A DNA stretch of 64,000 nt from Bacillota bacterium (GTDB lineage: Bacteria; Bacillota_I; Bacilli_A; RFN20; CAG-288): positions 30,946 to 94,945 of the forward strand of contig JAEWSP010000018.1 of assembly GCA_023459795.1 (NCBI GenBank), written 5' to 3'. Below, piece by piece: positions 9,060-18,437 of the stretch (the stretch's first letter is position 1; each line of letters starts with the position of its first letter). The notes under the pieces were generated by a model that was not told the DNA's origin, did not search any database, and worked only from the letters and a program-made list of their open reading frames with translations. Made by a program: the position numbers and the translations under genes.

Positions 9060-9326
9060 TTAGAAGCTGTACTCAGAAGCTAACTTCTTGAAGCCGGCAA
9101 CTGCCAGATCTTCATCTGCTCCGTCGCAAACAATCTTGAGGGATTCCCCCTGGCTGATCGTCGAGATGGCGAAGACATTCATGATAGACTTGAGATCGCA
9201 CTCGTCACCATTCTCAAGAACCATCTTGATGTTGCACTTATGATGATTTGCTTCCTCTACCAGCTCTGCACTAGAGCGAGAAGAGAGACCATTCATGGCA
9301 TTCACTTTGATTTCGAATGTTTTCAT
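9060..9326 (-). CDS. HPr-family phosphocarrier paralog lacking the active-site His15 (Crh-like), 88 aa
   Basis: It aligns to HPr/Crh. GLSSRSSA occupies the place of GIHARPA, so His15 is replaced by Ser while Arg17 is kept. The KSIMNV segment retains the regulatory Ser46 context. No SD precedes the ATG. Confidence 0.75.
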   Translation of the reverse strand: MKTFEIKVNAMNGLSSRSSAELVEEANHHKCNIKMVLENGDECDLKSIMNVFAISTISQGESLKIVCDGADEDLAVAGFKKLASEYSF

Positions 9327-9350
9327 AGGTTTATATCTTTCTGCACCTTT

Positions 9351-9379
9351 ATTATAGAGAATTTGGTAAGCGTTTACAA
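9351..9379 (-). promoter_or_regulatory. Sigma70-type promoter for the HPr-like gene (-35 TTGTAA, 17 nt, -10 TATAAT on minus strand)
   Basis: Hexamers with ideal spacing. The predicted leader of about 18 nt has no SD. Confidence 0.4.
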
Positions 9380-9763
9380 GTGAGGCGGGAAATTTAAGGT
9401 TTTTCTGTGCGTCTTAGCGTAACTGAAGGGTGGCTAACTTCAGGAAGCGCCCATCCAGTCTTTTGGCTTAGAGAGCTCTTCTTAGCTATTATAAGCTATT
9501 AATTACTTTTTGCGGTCATTTCTTTTTCTTTTTTTGCGTATTCTGACATTTTCTTTTTCTTATCGGTTCGTTCCTCATCTTTCCCCTTTCATTCTTAGGT
9601 CGTTTCTGCATGCCTTTTATATCCCCTTTCTTCTTCTTTTTGGTTGCAAATCCAATCAAAAGCCGTCATTTTCGCTGCTTCTATTTTCGTAGCGGATTAA
9701 TGCCTGTCGAAACAAAGCCTAAAGAGTTATCATATAAAGGCAAACGAAGGAGCTATTCCCCCA

Positions 9764-10948
9764 ATGGATGAAACAGCGAATAAGCCGGAAGAGAAGAAAC
9801 AGATAGTAATGAACGCAATGCGTCCGACAGGAAAGCTCCATATCGGGCACTATGTCAGTGCATTAAGACTTACCCTGGAACTCCAGAATTCCGGAAAATA
9901 CGACGAAATCTATGAGATGATTGCCGATACCCAGGCCTTGACAGATAACTTCGGCGTTCCCCAGAAAGTCCGGGACAACGTAATCGAAGTCGCCCTCGAC
10001 TATCTTTCCGCCGGTCTTGATCCGAACAAGACCACCATCTTCATCCAGTCCCAGGTCCCGGAACTTACGGAACTTACCTGCTACTATCTCGATCTGGTCA
10101 CTCTTTCCCGTCTGGAGAGGAATCCGACCGTCAAGTCGGAACTTGCCCAGAAGGATTTCGGTGATACCATCCCGGCCGGATTCCTCTGCTACCCGGTCAG
10201 CCAGGCTGCAGATATCACGGCATTCGATACGGATCTGGTTCCGGTCGGAGAAGACCAGGCTCCGATGATCGAACAGGCGAATGAAATCGTCCATAAGTTC
10301 AATTCCCTTTACGGAAAAGGAAAAGAAATCCTTCATCCCTGCAAGATCCTTCTACCGGAGAACAAGGCTTCCTTACGCCTTCCCGGCACGGACGGAAAGG
10401 CTAAGATGAGCAAATCCATCGGGAACTGCATCTATCTTAGCGATGACAAAAGAACCGTTGACAAGAAGGTCTCCACCATGTTCACGGATCCTACCCATCT
10501 CAACATCACCGACCCCGGCCATACGGAGAACAACCCGGTCTTCATTTATCTCTCCGCTTTTGCTACCGATGAATCCTTTAAGAAATACTGGCCGGAATAT
10601 AAGAACCTGGACGAACTCAAGAAAGCCTATGAGAAGGGCGGACTCGGAGATGTACCGGTCAAGAAGTTCCTGGCCTCGGTACTTAACGAAGTCCTGGATC
10701 CGATCCGGGAGAAGAGAAAGTACTACGAAGCCCACATCGAGGATGTCTACAAGATCCTGGAAGTCGGTTCCAAGAAAGCAGAGGAGAAGGCTCTTGCTAC
10801 GGTCTACCGCGTCCGGAGAGCACTCGGCGTCAACTTCTTCCATGATCCGAAGCTGATCGAAAAGCAGTCGAAAGCCTATCGCAAGAAGCTTGCCGACGAT
10901 GCGGCAAGAGAAGAATACCTTGCCAAGCAGAAAGCCGGCCAGAAGTAG
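9764..10948 (+). CDS. trpS: Tryptophan--tRNA ligase (class I aaRS), 394 aa with KE-rich C-terminal extension
   Basis: HIGH-type motif (GKLHIGHY) and KMSKS motif are present. The ADTQALT segment resembles TrpRS. RBS GAAGGAG. The C-terminal 50 aa or so are Lys/Glu/Ala-rich. Confidence 0.7.
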   Translation: MDETANKPEEKKQIVMNAMRPTGKLHIGHYVSALRLTLELQNSGKYDEIYEMIADTQALTDNFGVPQKVRDNVIEVALDYLSAGLDPNKTTIFIQSQVPELTELTCYYLDLVTLSRLERNPTVKSELAQKDFGDTIPAGFLCYPVSQAADITAFDTDLVPVGEDQAPMIEQANEIVHKFNSLYGKGKEILHPCKILLPENKASLRLPGTDGKAKMSKSIGNCIYLSDDKRTVDKKVSTMFTDPTHLNITDPGHTENNPVFIYLSAFATDESFKKYWPEYKNLDELKKAYEKGGLGDVPVKKFLASVLNEVLDPIREKRKYYEAHIEDVYKILEVGSKKAEEKALATVYRVRRALGVNFFHDPKLIEKQSKAYRKKLADDAAREEYLAKQKAGQK

Positions 10949-11119
10949 AGAGAAGATCAGGGAAGAACAGCACCGGCCTTTTCCTATCCTGGGAAAAGGC
11001 CTTTTTCGTGTGTTCCGCTTTACTATCTTCCTCTCTTCCGTTATCCTTGAAGCAAAGCGGGCAAGGCTATTTTCTTCTTAATCCAGAAATAGGTTTTCTG
11101 CCGGAAGAAGGACCAAGCT

Positions 11120-12830
11120 ATGAACAAGAACAACGGGCGCCGTCTAATGGCCTTCCTCAACGACCATCTTGCCAAAGTAGGGAAAAAGTATCTCTCCGTC
11201 TTCGATGCCTTCGGAAAAGAGCCGGAGAGAATCAGCGAGAAGACGCTTCTTTCCATCGTGAAGAAGAACAGGAATACGGAATTCGGAAGGAAGCACCATC
11301 TCGACCAGATCCATTCCCTTTCCGACTACCGGAAGGAAGTCCCTGTTTCGGACTACGAAGACTATAGGGAAGCAATCCTTAGGATGCAGGACGGGGGAAA
11401 GGATGTCCTCTTCCAGGGAAAACCGGTCTACTATACGGATACTTCCGGATCGACGGGGAAGAGCAAACGGATTCCTATCTCTGCTACCCAGCAGAAGGCA
11501 ATGAAGAAGAAGAAAGGAAATCCTCAGATCATCCCCTATCTGGAGAAGAAGAACGGATGCTATGACAGGAACCACCGGAAGATCCTCGCCCTGATGGCGA
11601 ATGCCGACATCACCTATACGAAGGACCAAACCCCGATCGGGGATGTCGTCTCCCTGATGCTTTCCAAGGTCAGCGGATTGATGGGGCTCTTCTTTACCAC
11701 CCTTTGGCAAGCCTCACCTCGAACGAGATCCATGACCGCCTCTATGTCCACCTTCTCTTCGCGCTTCCGGAAACGGACATCTATCTCATCATGAGTGCCT
11801 ATCTCAGCGAAACCTGCGGAATGGTGAACTATCTCTTCCAGAACCAGGAACTCTGCTCCATGATCTTGCAGAAGGGAAAATATCGGACTGCGTAAAGCTT
11901 TCCCCCGCCCTAAAGAAGGAACTTGAAAAGAAGCTTGTCCCGCACCCGGAAAGGGCTGAGGAACTAAAAGAAATCCTGGCTTCCGGAAGAGACGGGATCC
12001 TGACCAGGATCTGGCCTAGCCTCACCGTCGTAAGCGGGGTCGGCAGTACAGAGAACAGGCTGCGCCCGTATACGCTTCTTGTAAAAAGGTATCTAGGAAG
12101 CAAAGGACATATTTATTATGCCGCCTATAATTCCTCGGAATCCTTGATGGGGCTGGCAACGGACTACGACACCTTCCTCTATGCACCGGTCCTGGATATG
12201 GCTTATCTGGAATTCCTTCCCCTCGATGAGAAGGAACAGCCGATCCCGGGGAAGATCCTTTCCGTATCCGAGCTTACGGACGGGGCAAAGTACGAGACTG
12301 TCCTGACCAGCCTCTCCGGTCTCTATCGTTATAGGATGGCAGACATCGTCAAGGTCAGCGGACGGAAAGGAAGGCTTCCTCTATTCGAAATCCTAGGACG
12401 GAACAAGGTCCTCCTCGATGTCATGGGAGAGAAATGCACCTTCCATCAGGCAGATGACGCGATTGCCCTCCTAGGAGAAAAGATCGGGGAGAAGGAACAT
12501 CCCATCTATGCCTACTGTGCCACGGAAGGGAATAAGGAAAACCGGTATACCTTCTTCCTGGAAATCAAGGATTCCTCTTCCCTGGATCCGAAGAAGACTT
12601 CTCTCCTTCTGAAGGATTCCCTAGCCCTTGCTTCCCCGGATATCCGGTATGCTTTCGAGGAGGAAGGGCTCCTTCCTCCCGAAGTCTTCTTCGTGAAGGA
12701 AGGGACTTTCCAAAAATACCTCCACAATGAGAACCGGGAAGGAGAAGAAACAAAGCACTCCATCAAGGAGATCAAAGTCCTGAGGACCGAAGAGCAGAAG
12801 AAGTTCTTCAGGGATCATATCGAAGGATAG
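11120..12830 (+). pseudogene. GH3-family (acyl-acid amido synthetase / auxin-responsive GH3-like) gene disrupted by two frameshifts
   Basis: The N-terminal part in frame 2 carries YYTDTSGSTGKSKRIP. The middle part is in frame 1 (SNEIHDRLYVHLLFAL). The C-terminal part in frame 0 carries IWPSL..VVSGV, YYAAYNSSES and GLYRYRMADIV. Shifts map to a G4 run (11683-11686) and an A4 run (11877-11880). Confidence 0.6.
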
Positions 12831-12891
12831 GAAAAGAGGCGTCCCCTAGAGGATGCCTTTTTCTTGCCAATAAACAGTCTTCTCTTTTTTG

Positions 12892-13929
12892 TCAGTCTCT
12901 ATCCGGCAGTTTTCCCGGCGCTTTGGATATGCCTTCCAGATACGAGTCGAAGGACTCCTTCCTGAAAGCATCGATTGCAGCTTCCACTTCCGGGTCCAGA
13001 TCCTTTATCCGGCCTCTGCCGATTACAAGAGGATCGATATACCTCCTCTTGGAATAGACCTTGATCGTATGCTCCTTCTCCGTCTTTTGTTCTTTGACTT
13101 CGGTTAGGTTTGTGAACCATTCCCAGTTATTCTTTGTCTCTTGGTTACCTAGAATTTTCTTGATAACAACCTCTTCCGTAGAATAAAGGTCGTTTTCCGA
13201 AAGAACGGACAAGGAGAAAGCTCTCCTAATTCCTCTGGCCAGGGCCTCCATCCCGTACCTGTCTTCTGGAGTCACATATACTTTGGAGTTCTGTATGGTT
13301 GCAAGAGCAAACTTCCTGGCAAGCTCCTTAGAAGAAAAAGCAAGCTCTTCGACTCCGTCTTCGTTTACCGTAACGGAAAGATCCCGGTACATTGCTTCTA
13401 CTTCTTCTCTAGAGGCATGGGAATAGTTCAGGAAATTGGAGAGGGTGTATTCCAGCCTGTCGGCAGAAAGCCTGGGAGAATCGTTGTCTGCAATCGGATA
13501 GAGATGGTAGTTATCGACATCCTTGGTAGATAGTCCAAGCTTCATAAGCTCTTTCTGGATTACGGGATCTTCTTCGATGATGCAGGTTGTCCTCTCCTCC
13601 GTTGCTTCCTGGGTAAGGTAATCCCCTTTTACGAAGTCGACGACGTGGGCAAAGGCCGGGGTTGCTATATCATGGAACAGACCGGAAAGGCTCTCCTTCT
13701 GATTCTTCCGGAAGTGATAGACGATTAGAGCAACTCCTAGAGAGTGGACGAACCTGGAATAAGGTTCGAAATCCTTATAGAACGGGAAGGAGGTATATTC
13801 CATTCCGCAGTGCATCCCGACATGCTTTATCCGTTCCAGGGAAGGAGCAGGAAGGAAGCCTTCCAGAAAGGAAGGGATATCCTTGCTGTAAAGAGAAAAC
13901 AGGAACTGCTCTTTTTCTATGTGGGACAT
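12892..13929 (-). CDS. HD-domain metal-dependent phosphohydrolase (345 aa)
   Basis: HD motif: HSLGVA...LFHDIATPAFAH. Confidence 0.7.
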   Translation of the reverse strand: MSHIEKEQFLFSLYSKDIPSFLEGFLPAPSLERIKHVGMHCGMEYTSFPFYKDFEPYSRFVHSLGVALIVYHFRKNQKESLSGLFHDIATPAFAHVVDFVKGDYLTQEATEERTTCIIEEDPVIQKELMKLGLSTKDVDNYHLYPIADNDSPRLSADRLEYTLSNFLNYSHASREEVEAMYRDLSVTVNEDGVEELAFSSKELARKFALATIQNSKVYVTPEDRYGMEALARGIRRAFSLSVLSENDLYSTEEVVIKKILGNQETKNNWEWFTNLTEVKEQKTEKEHTIKVYSKRRYIDPLVIGRGRIKDLDPEVEAAIDAFRKESFDSYLEGISKAPGKLPDRD

Positions 13930-14111
13930 GTTTTTTCCTCTGTTAAAAGACCATTATAGCAAAGAAGAGCAACGGAAATGAGGTTGCCCTTGCCCCTCCC
14001 TTTTTGTATAATAGATTCACCATCGCGGTGTATACCGTCGAACTTGGTCAGGACCGGAAGGTAGCAGCCATAAGATCGGTGTCCACGTGCGGTGGCTTTT
14101 TTATTAAAAGA

Positions 14112-14558
14112 ATGAATAAAGAAGACCTAGCTATAGCTTTATCGGAACTAGAGAAGGAGTCCTCTCTCCTGTTGCAGAAAGGAGAGGTTCCTGTTTCCGC
14201 AGTCCTTGTTCTTGAAGACGGGACAAGGATCGTTACCGGAAACAAAGTCGAAGAAAAGAACAACCCTTTTCTGCATGCCGAAATAGTTGCGCTCGAAGAA
14301 GGAATGAAGAAAACCGGGTCGAGGTATCTGAAGGGTGCCACCCTTCTTGTCTCTCTGGAACCCTGTCTTCTCTGCATGGGAGCAATCCTGAAAGCAGGGA
14401 TAGAGGATCTTTATTACTGCCAGGACGACAAGAAGAAAGGCGCTCTTTCCTACTACCATGTCTTTGTCGATGACGTACTCCGTGTCCACACCATAAAAGA
14501 CAGGGTCCTGGAAGACAACCTTAAAGCTGCTTTTGCATCGCTACGTAAGGACCAATAG
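14112..14558 (+). CDS. tadA: tRNA-specific adenosine deaminase (CDA-fold)
   Basis: HAE...SLEPCLLC zinc-binding deaminase motifs. I chose the start at the ATG of MNKEDL (14112); the track ORF begins at 14004. Confidence 0.8.
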   Translation: MNKEDLAIALSELEKESSLLLQKGEVPVSAVLVLEDGTRIVTGNKVEEKNNPFLHAEIVALEEGMKKTGSRYLKGATLLVSLEPCLLCMGAILKAGIEDLYYCQDDKKKGALSYYHVFVDDVLRVHTIKDRVLEDNLKAAFASLRKDQ

Positions 14559-14575
14559 TCTTTTTCTATAAGTTT

Positions 14576-15262
14576 CTATTTCGTCTCGTCTTTCTTCTCT
14601 TCTTTTGTTTCTTTGATCTTTTTCAATGAATCTTCTGCTTTTCCTTCCGGGAAGATTGCCTTGAAGGCGAAGAAGAAGACAATAGTCGTGATTCCGGAGG
14701 TAGCAAAGGTCTGGCAGACCTGATAGAGAGTTCTGGACATGACTTCCGATGCCGGTTTCAGCCAGAGGGAGTTCAAGGCATTGGAAAGCAGCGTTACCAG
14801 GATATTGGCAAGCGTATAAAGCAGAACCTGGGGAAGAACCTTGCGGCGGGATTTATAGGTGATATTTCTTTGCAGAGGGAAATTGATTGCCTGGGTCGTG
14901 AAGTAGGTGATAAGCCAGCTGAAGAAATACCCTAAGCCTCCTCCGTAGATTACGTTTCCGGACTGATCCCTAAGGACATCATATCCGAGGATTGCCCAGA
15001 CAAAGCGTCCGTTTCCGTAGGGAAGCGTAATTCCGGGCCAAAGCCATTCCGTTCCGGCAAGCCGCATACCGAAAGCAAGCGGCAGGAAAGTATAGCCAAG
15101 ATACTGGAAAACAGTCAGGACCCATCCGATAAGGCCGAACTTGATGAACTGCCAGATTGTCTTGTTTAGATTCGGGTGGTGGAACGAGAAATGCTTCCAC
15201 CATTTTGGCGGAAGAAGCTTCTTTCGTTTTTCCGTCGGGTTGCTGTTCTCTTCCATAAGCAA
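14576..15262 (-). CDS. Hypothetical membrane protein with KE-rich C-terminus (228 aa)
   Basis: Four or five TM helices (FIKFGLIGWVLTVFQY...) and a GtrA-like flavour. No firm family call. Confidence 0.45.
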   Translation of the reverse strand: MLMEENSNPTEKRKKLLPPKWWKHFSFHHPNLNKTIWQFIKFGLIGWVLTVFQYLGYTFLPLAFGMRLAGTEWLWPGITLPYGNGRFVWAILGYDVLRDQSGNVIYGGGLGYFFSWLITYFTTQAINFPLQRNITYKSRRKVLPQVLLYTLANILVTLLSNALNSLWLKPASEVMSRTLYQVCQTFATSGITTIVFFFAFKAIFPEGKAEDSLKKIKETKEEKKDETK

Positions 15263-15448
15263 GAAACATTATATAGTTTTTCCCTAGGTTTTGTAGGGAA
15301 AAGAAGATCCTTTGTGATAAACTTAATCCCGATATGAGAAAAATTTTTATTTCCTTCCTGTCATCGCATTCCTTTTCCGGCCTCTAGCGGGCTTTTTTGC
15401 TATAGACGGAAGATACGATCCATAAAACAGTAAAGGATAAACATTAAA

Positions 15449-16558
15449 ATGCCAGAAGATTATATGATGGCCCGTTTGAAGGCCATGAAGAAGAGACTAA
15501 CCGATATCGACGACCTCTTAAGCGGTGGTTCGATGGATGTTCCTACGATGACGAAGCTTAGCAAGGAACGTTCCGGCCTGGAAAAGCCGGTCGAGCTTTA
15601 TGACGAAGTAATGAAGATGGAGTCCGACAAAGCGGATGCCGAGGAGATGATGAAGGATCCGGATCCGGAGATCAAGGATCTGGGCAAATCCACTTTCGAT
15701 GAGATGGCCAAGAAGATCGATGCCATGGGAGAAGAGATCAAGCTCTCCCTGATTCCTAAGGATGCCAATGACGACAAGAACATCATCATGGAAATCCGCG
15801 GTGCAGCCGGAGGAGATGAAGCGAATATCTTCGCCGGAGATCTTTTCCGTATGTATTCCCATTATGCAGACAGGGAAGGCTGGAAGATCCAGCTTCTCGA
15901 CAGCGAGCCTACTCCGCTTGGCGGATTCTCCCTCGTTTCCTTCCGTATCAAGGGAAAGGGCGTCTACTCGAAGCTGAAGTTTGAAAGCGGCGCACACCGT
16001 GTCCAGCGTGTTCCGGTCACGGAAGCAAACGGCAGGATCCAGACATCGACGGCTACCGTCCTTGTCATGCCGGAAATCGAGCATGTCGACATCAAGATTA
16101 ACCCTGCCGATCTCCGTATCGATACCTACCATTCCTCGGGCGCCGGAGGACAGAACGTCAACAAGACGGAGTCTGCCGTCCGTATCACCCATATCCCGAC
16201 GAACATCGTTGTCTCCTGCCAGATCGAGCGGGATCAGCTTGCCAACAAGGAAACATGCATGCTGATGCTGAAGGCTAAACTCCAGGCTCAGCATGATGCC
16301 GAGATTGAAGAGAAGGTCGGAGGCGAAAGAAGACTGAAGATGGGAACCGGCGAGAGGAACGAAAGAATCCGCACCTACAACTATCCGCAGAACCGTGTAA
16401 CGGATCACCGGATCGGCTGGAGCACCCTGAATCTTCCCAAGTTCATGAACGGGGAACTGGATGACTGCATCTTTGCTTTAAACGAAGCCAACCAGAAGGA
16501 TCTTCTGGAAGAAGAGACGAAGAAGCTGAAGGCAGAGATGGAGCAGCAGGAAAAGTAG
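15449..16558 (+). CDS. prfA: Peptide chain release factor 1
   Basis: GGQ motif (SGAGGQNVNKTESAVRITHIPT). PAD tripeptide region typical of RF1. Typical length. Confidence 0.9.
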   Translation: MPEDYMMARLKAMKKRLTDIDDLLSGGSMDVPTMTKLSKERSGLEKPVELYDEVMKMESDKADAEEMMKDPDPEIKDLGKSTFDEMAKKIDAMGEEIKLSLIPKDANDDKNIIMEIRGAAGGDEANIFAGDLFRMYSHYADREGWKIQLLDSEPTPLGGFSLVSFRIKGKGVYSKLKFESGAHRVQRVPVTEANGRIQTSTATVLVMPEIEHVDIKINPADLRIDTYHSSGAGGQNVNKTESAVRITHIPTNIVVSCQIERDQLANKETCMLMLKAKLQAQHDAEIEEKVGGERRLKMGTGERNERIRTYNYPQNRVTDHRIGWSTLNLPKFMNGELDDCIFALNEANQKDLLEEETKKLKAEMEQQEK

Positions 16559-16602
16559 GAATCAGGCGGAATGGAAAACCATTCCGCCTTTTATCCAAAC
16601 AA

Positions 16603-17409
16603 ATGACAGCCGCCGAGGTCGCAGAACAATTATCGGAAGAGAACATTCCGCTTGCCGATATCCGGACTATCCTTTCCGGTGTCTTCTCTTTTCCTTTCGA
16701 CAGGCTCGGAATAGACGGGGACAAGGACATTGCCACCAAAGAGGAATACAAGCTTGTCCTTGCTAAGCTTAAGGGCGGCGTACCTCCCGTCTATCTTGCC
16801 GGATACGACATCATCCGGGGACTGAAGATCTACCTATCGGAAGATGTCCTTATCCCGAGGACGGAGACGATTTCTTTTCTATACGGAGATATCCAAGGGA
16901 ATTACGATTTTTCCAACAAGAAAGTCCTGGATCTATGCACAGGGAGCGGCATTATCGCCTTGTCGGTAAAAAAGCTTTTCCCTGCCAGTATTGTCACTGC
17001 AAGCGATATTTCTGATAAAGCATTAGCTCTTGCAAAGAAATCCGCAGAAGAGAACTCTCTTTTTATAGTTTTTAAGAAAAGCAACTTCTTAGAAGATATC
17101 CAGGATAGGTTTGATGTAATCCTCTCCAATCCTCCTTATATCGAAGAAAGAAGCAAGGATGTTATAGCCCCTTATGAGCCTCCTCTTGCTCTCTATAGCG
17201 GCAAGGACGGAATGGATAGCTACAGAGCTATCTTCTCCCTTCTGGACTCTAGGCTTCTTAAAAAAGGCATTGCTTTCTTCGAACTGGAAGCAAGCAATGC
17301 CGACAAGGTAAAAGACCTGTTCCTCTCCTTCTATCCGGAAGGATATGACTGTTCCTTTATCCTCGATATGGAGAACAAGAAAAGGTATCTTGTAGCCAAG
17401 AAGAGATAG
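16603..17409 (+). CDS. prmC: Release factor glutamine N5-methyltransferase (HemK/PrmC)
   Basis: NPPY motif (ILSNPPYI) and SAM-binding DLCTGSG. Lies immediately downstream of prfA. Confidence 0.85.
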   Translation: MTAAEVAEQLSEENIPLADIRTILSGVFSFPFDRLGIDGDKDIATKEEYKLVLAKLKGGVPPVYLAGYDIIRGLKIYLSEDVLIPRTETISFLYGDIQGNYDFSNKKVLDLCTGSGIIALSVKKLFPASIVTASDISDKALALAKKSAEENSLFIVFKKSNFLEDIQDRFDVILSNPPYIEERSKDVIAPYEPPLALYSGKDGMDSYRAIFSLLDSRLLKKGIAFFELEASNADKVKDLFLSFYPEGYDCSFILDMENKKRYLVAKKR

Positions 17410-17410
17410 C

Positions 17411-18346
17411 TTATTTGCTGTCCGGCTTTGCTCCCATCCAGGTTCTCCCTTCCGTGATGAGCGTCGTCATCAAGGCGACGACATCAAAGAAGAGAAGCAG
17501 GATCAGGGCAACCGGTGTGATTTTCAGTTCCGAAGTGCAGAGCAAAGAGGTGAAGGTGAAGAAGATCAGATTGAAGTAATACAGGTATTTGTAGTCCCCC
17601 GGATAGAAGATGCTGAGGATTCCGCTGATGGTAATGAAGATCATTCCCATTAGCAGCGGGAAGTACATGGCCGTCGAGGAGACCGGATTGTATTTGGCTC
17701 CCAGATTCAGAAGATAGATGGCGGCGGTAACGAGATAGAAGACGAAGGAAAGAATACGGCAGATCCGGGAAAGCTTGATCCCGGATATGATCTTCATCCT
17801 CTTGTCTCCGCTTTCCTCGCTGATCTTCTCTACCCTCTTTTCGACGTCCTCGTTGATCTCCATGCCGTTCGTGACATTGAAGACCGTGTTTCCGTTTCCC
17901 TGCTCATCGAAGGCCGTCCTTCCCTTCTGGAACCTCTGGTAGTAGAGAAGAAAGAAAACCAGGTTCAGGGCAAAGCCGAAAAGGCAGAGGGAGAACTCCG
18001 TCCAGTAGATAGCCCCTAGATCCAAGGTACTGTCCAACGAGGAGATAGGTGTAACCAGGAAGTCTTCCCTGTAGAAGAGAAGGGCAAGAAGAGTTTCCAG
18101 GAAATAGAAGACGGCTGTCTTTATCGGTTTGTAGAGGGTAAAGAGCCCTGTCCCGATGACGATACCCAGGATCATCAGGCTAGGCATGACATTCTTCATC
18201 GTCGAATAGTCGTGGGTGTTATAGAGGATCAAAGACGGAACCACGACAAAGAAGACCTGGGAGAGGAAGACCATAATCCGGTTGTAGATATCGACCCTGG
18301 AAAGAAAGGATGCCAGAGTCTTGAAACGGGCTCGGATTTGTTTCAT
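17411..18346 (-). CDS. Hypothetical polytopic membrane protein (311 aa)
   Basis: Multiple hydrophobic helices and no recognisable domain. Confidence 0.5.
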   Translation of the reverse strand: MKQIRARFKTLASFLSRVDIYNRIMVFLSQVFFVVVPSLILYNTHDYSTMKNVMPSLMILGIVIGTGLFTLYKPIKTAVFYFLETLLALLFYREDFLVTPISSLDSTLDLGAIYWTEFSLCLFGFALNLVFFLLYYQRFQKGRTAFDEQGNGNTVFNVTNGMEINEDVEKRVEKISEESGDKRMKIISGIKLSRICRILSFVFYLVTAAIYLLNLGAKYNPVSSTAMYFPLLMGMIFITISGILSIFYPGDYKYLYYFNLIFFTFTSLLCTSELKITPVALILLLFFDVVALMTTLITEGRTWMGAKPDSK

Positions 18347-18437
18347 GCTTCAATTATACCAATACCGGAGAAGAGAATCCCCATAAGCCGAAAAAAGAGA
18401 AACCCCGGAAAGAGAAAGCAAGGCTCCCTGTGGTAGA

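Noticed and set aside
9380-9763. T-box riboswitch upstream of trpS
   Set aside because: No T-box consensus and no terminator/antiterminator pair are visible next to the RBS. See the related finding; left as unconfirmed.
11120-12830. Interpreting the GH3 frameshifts and the A8 lipoprotein tract as definite biology
   Set aside because: All three are at homopolymers, which is the classic signature of basecalling indels. They are reported as findings with that caveat rather than asserted as pseudogenisation or phase variation.
15334-15387. 17-codon ORF (MRKIFISFLSSHSFSGL) followed by a hairpin and T-run upstream of prfA
   Set aside because: It is too short and has no SD. The hairpin is weak. 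It could be a coincidental feature of an AT-rich promoter region.
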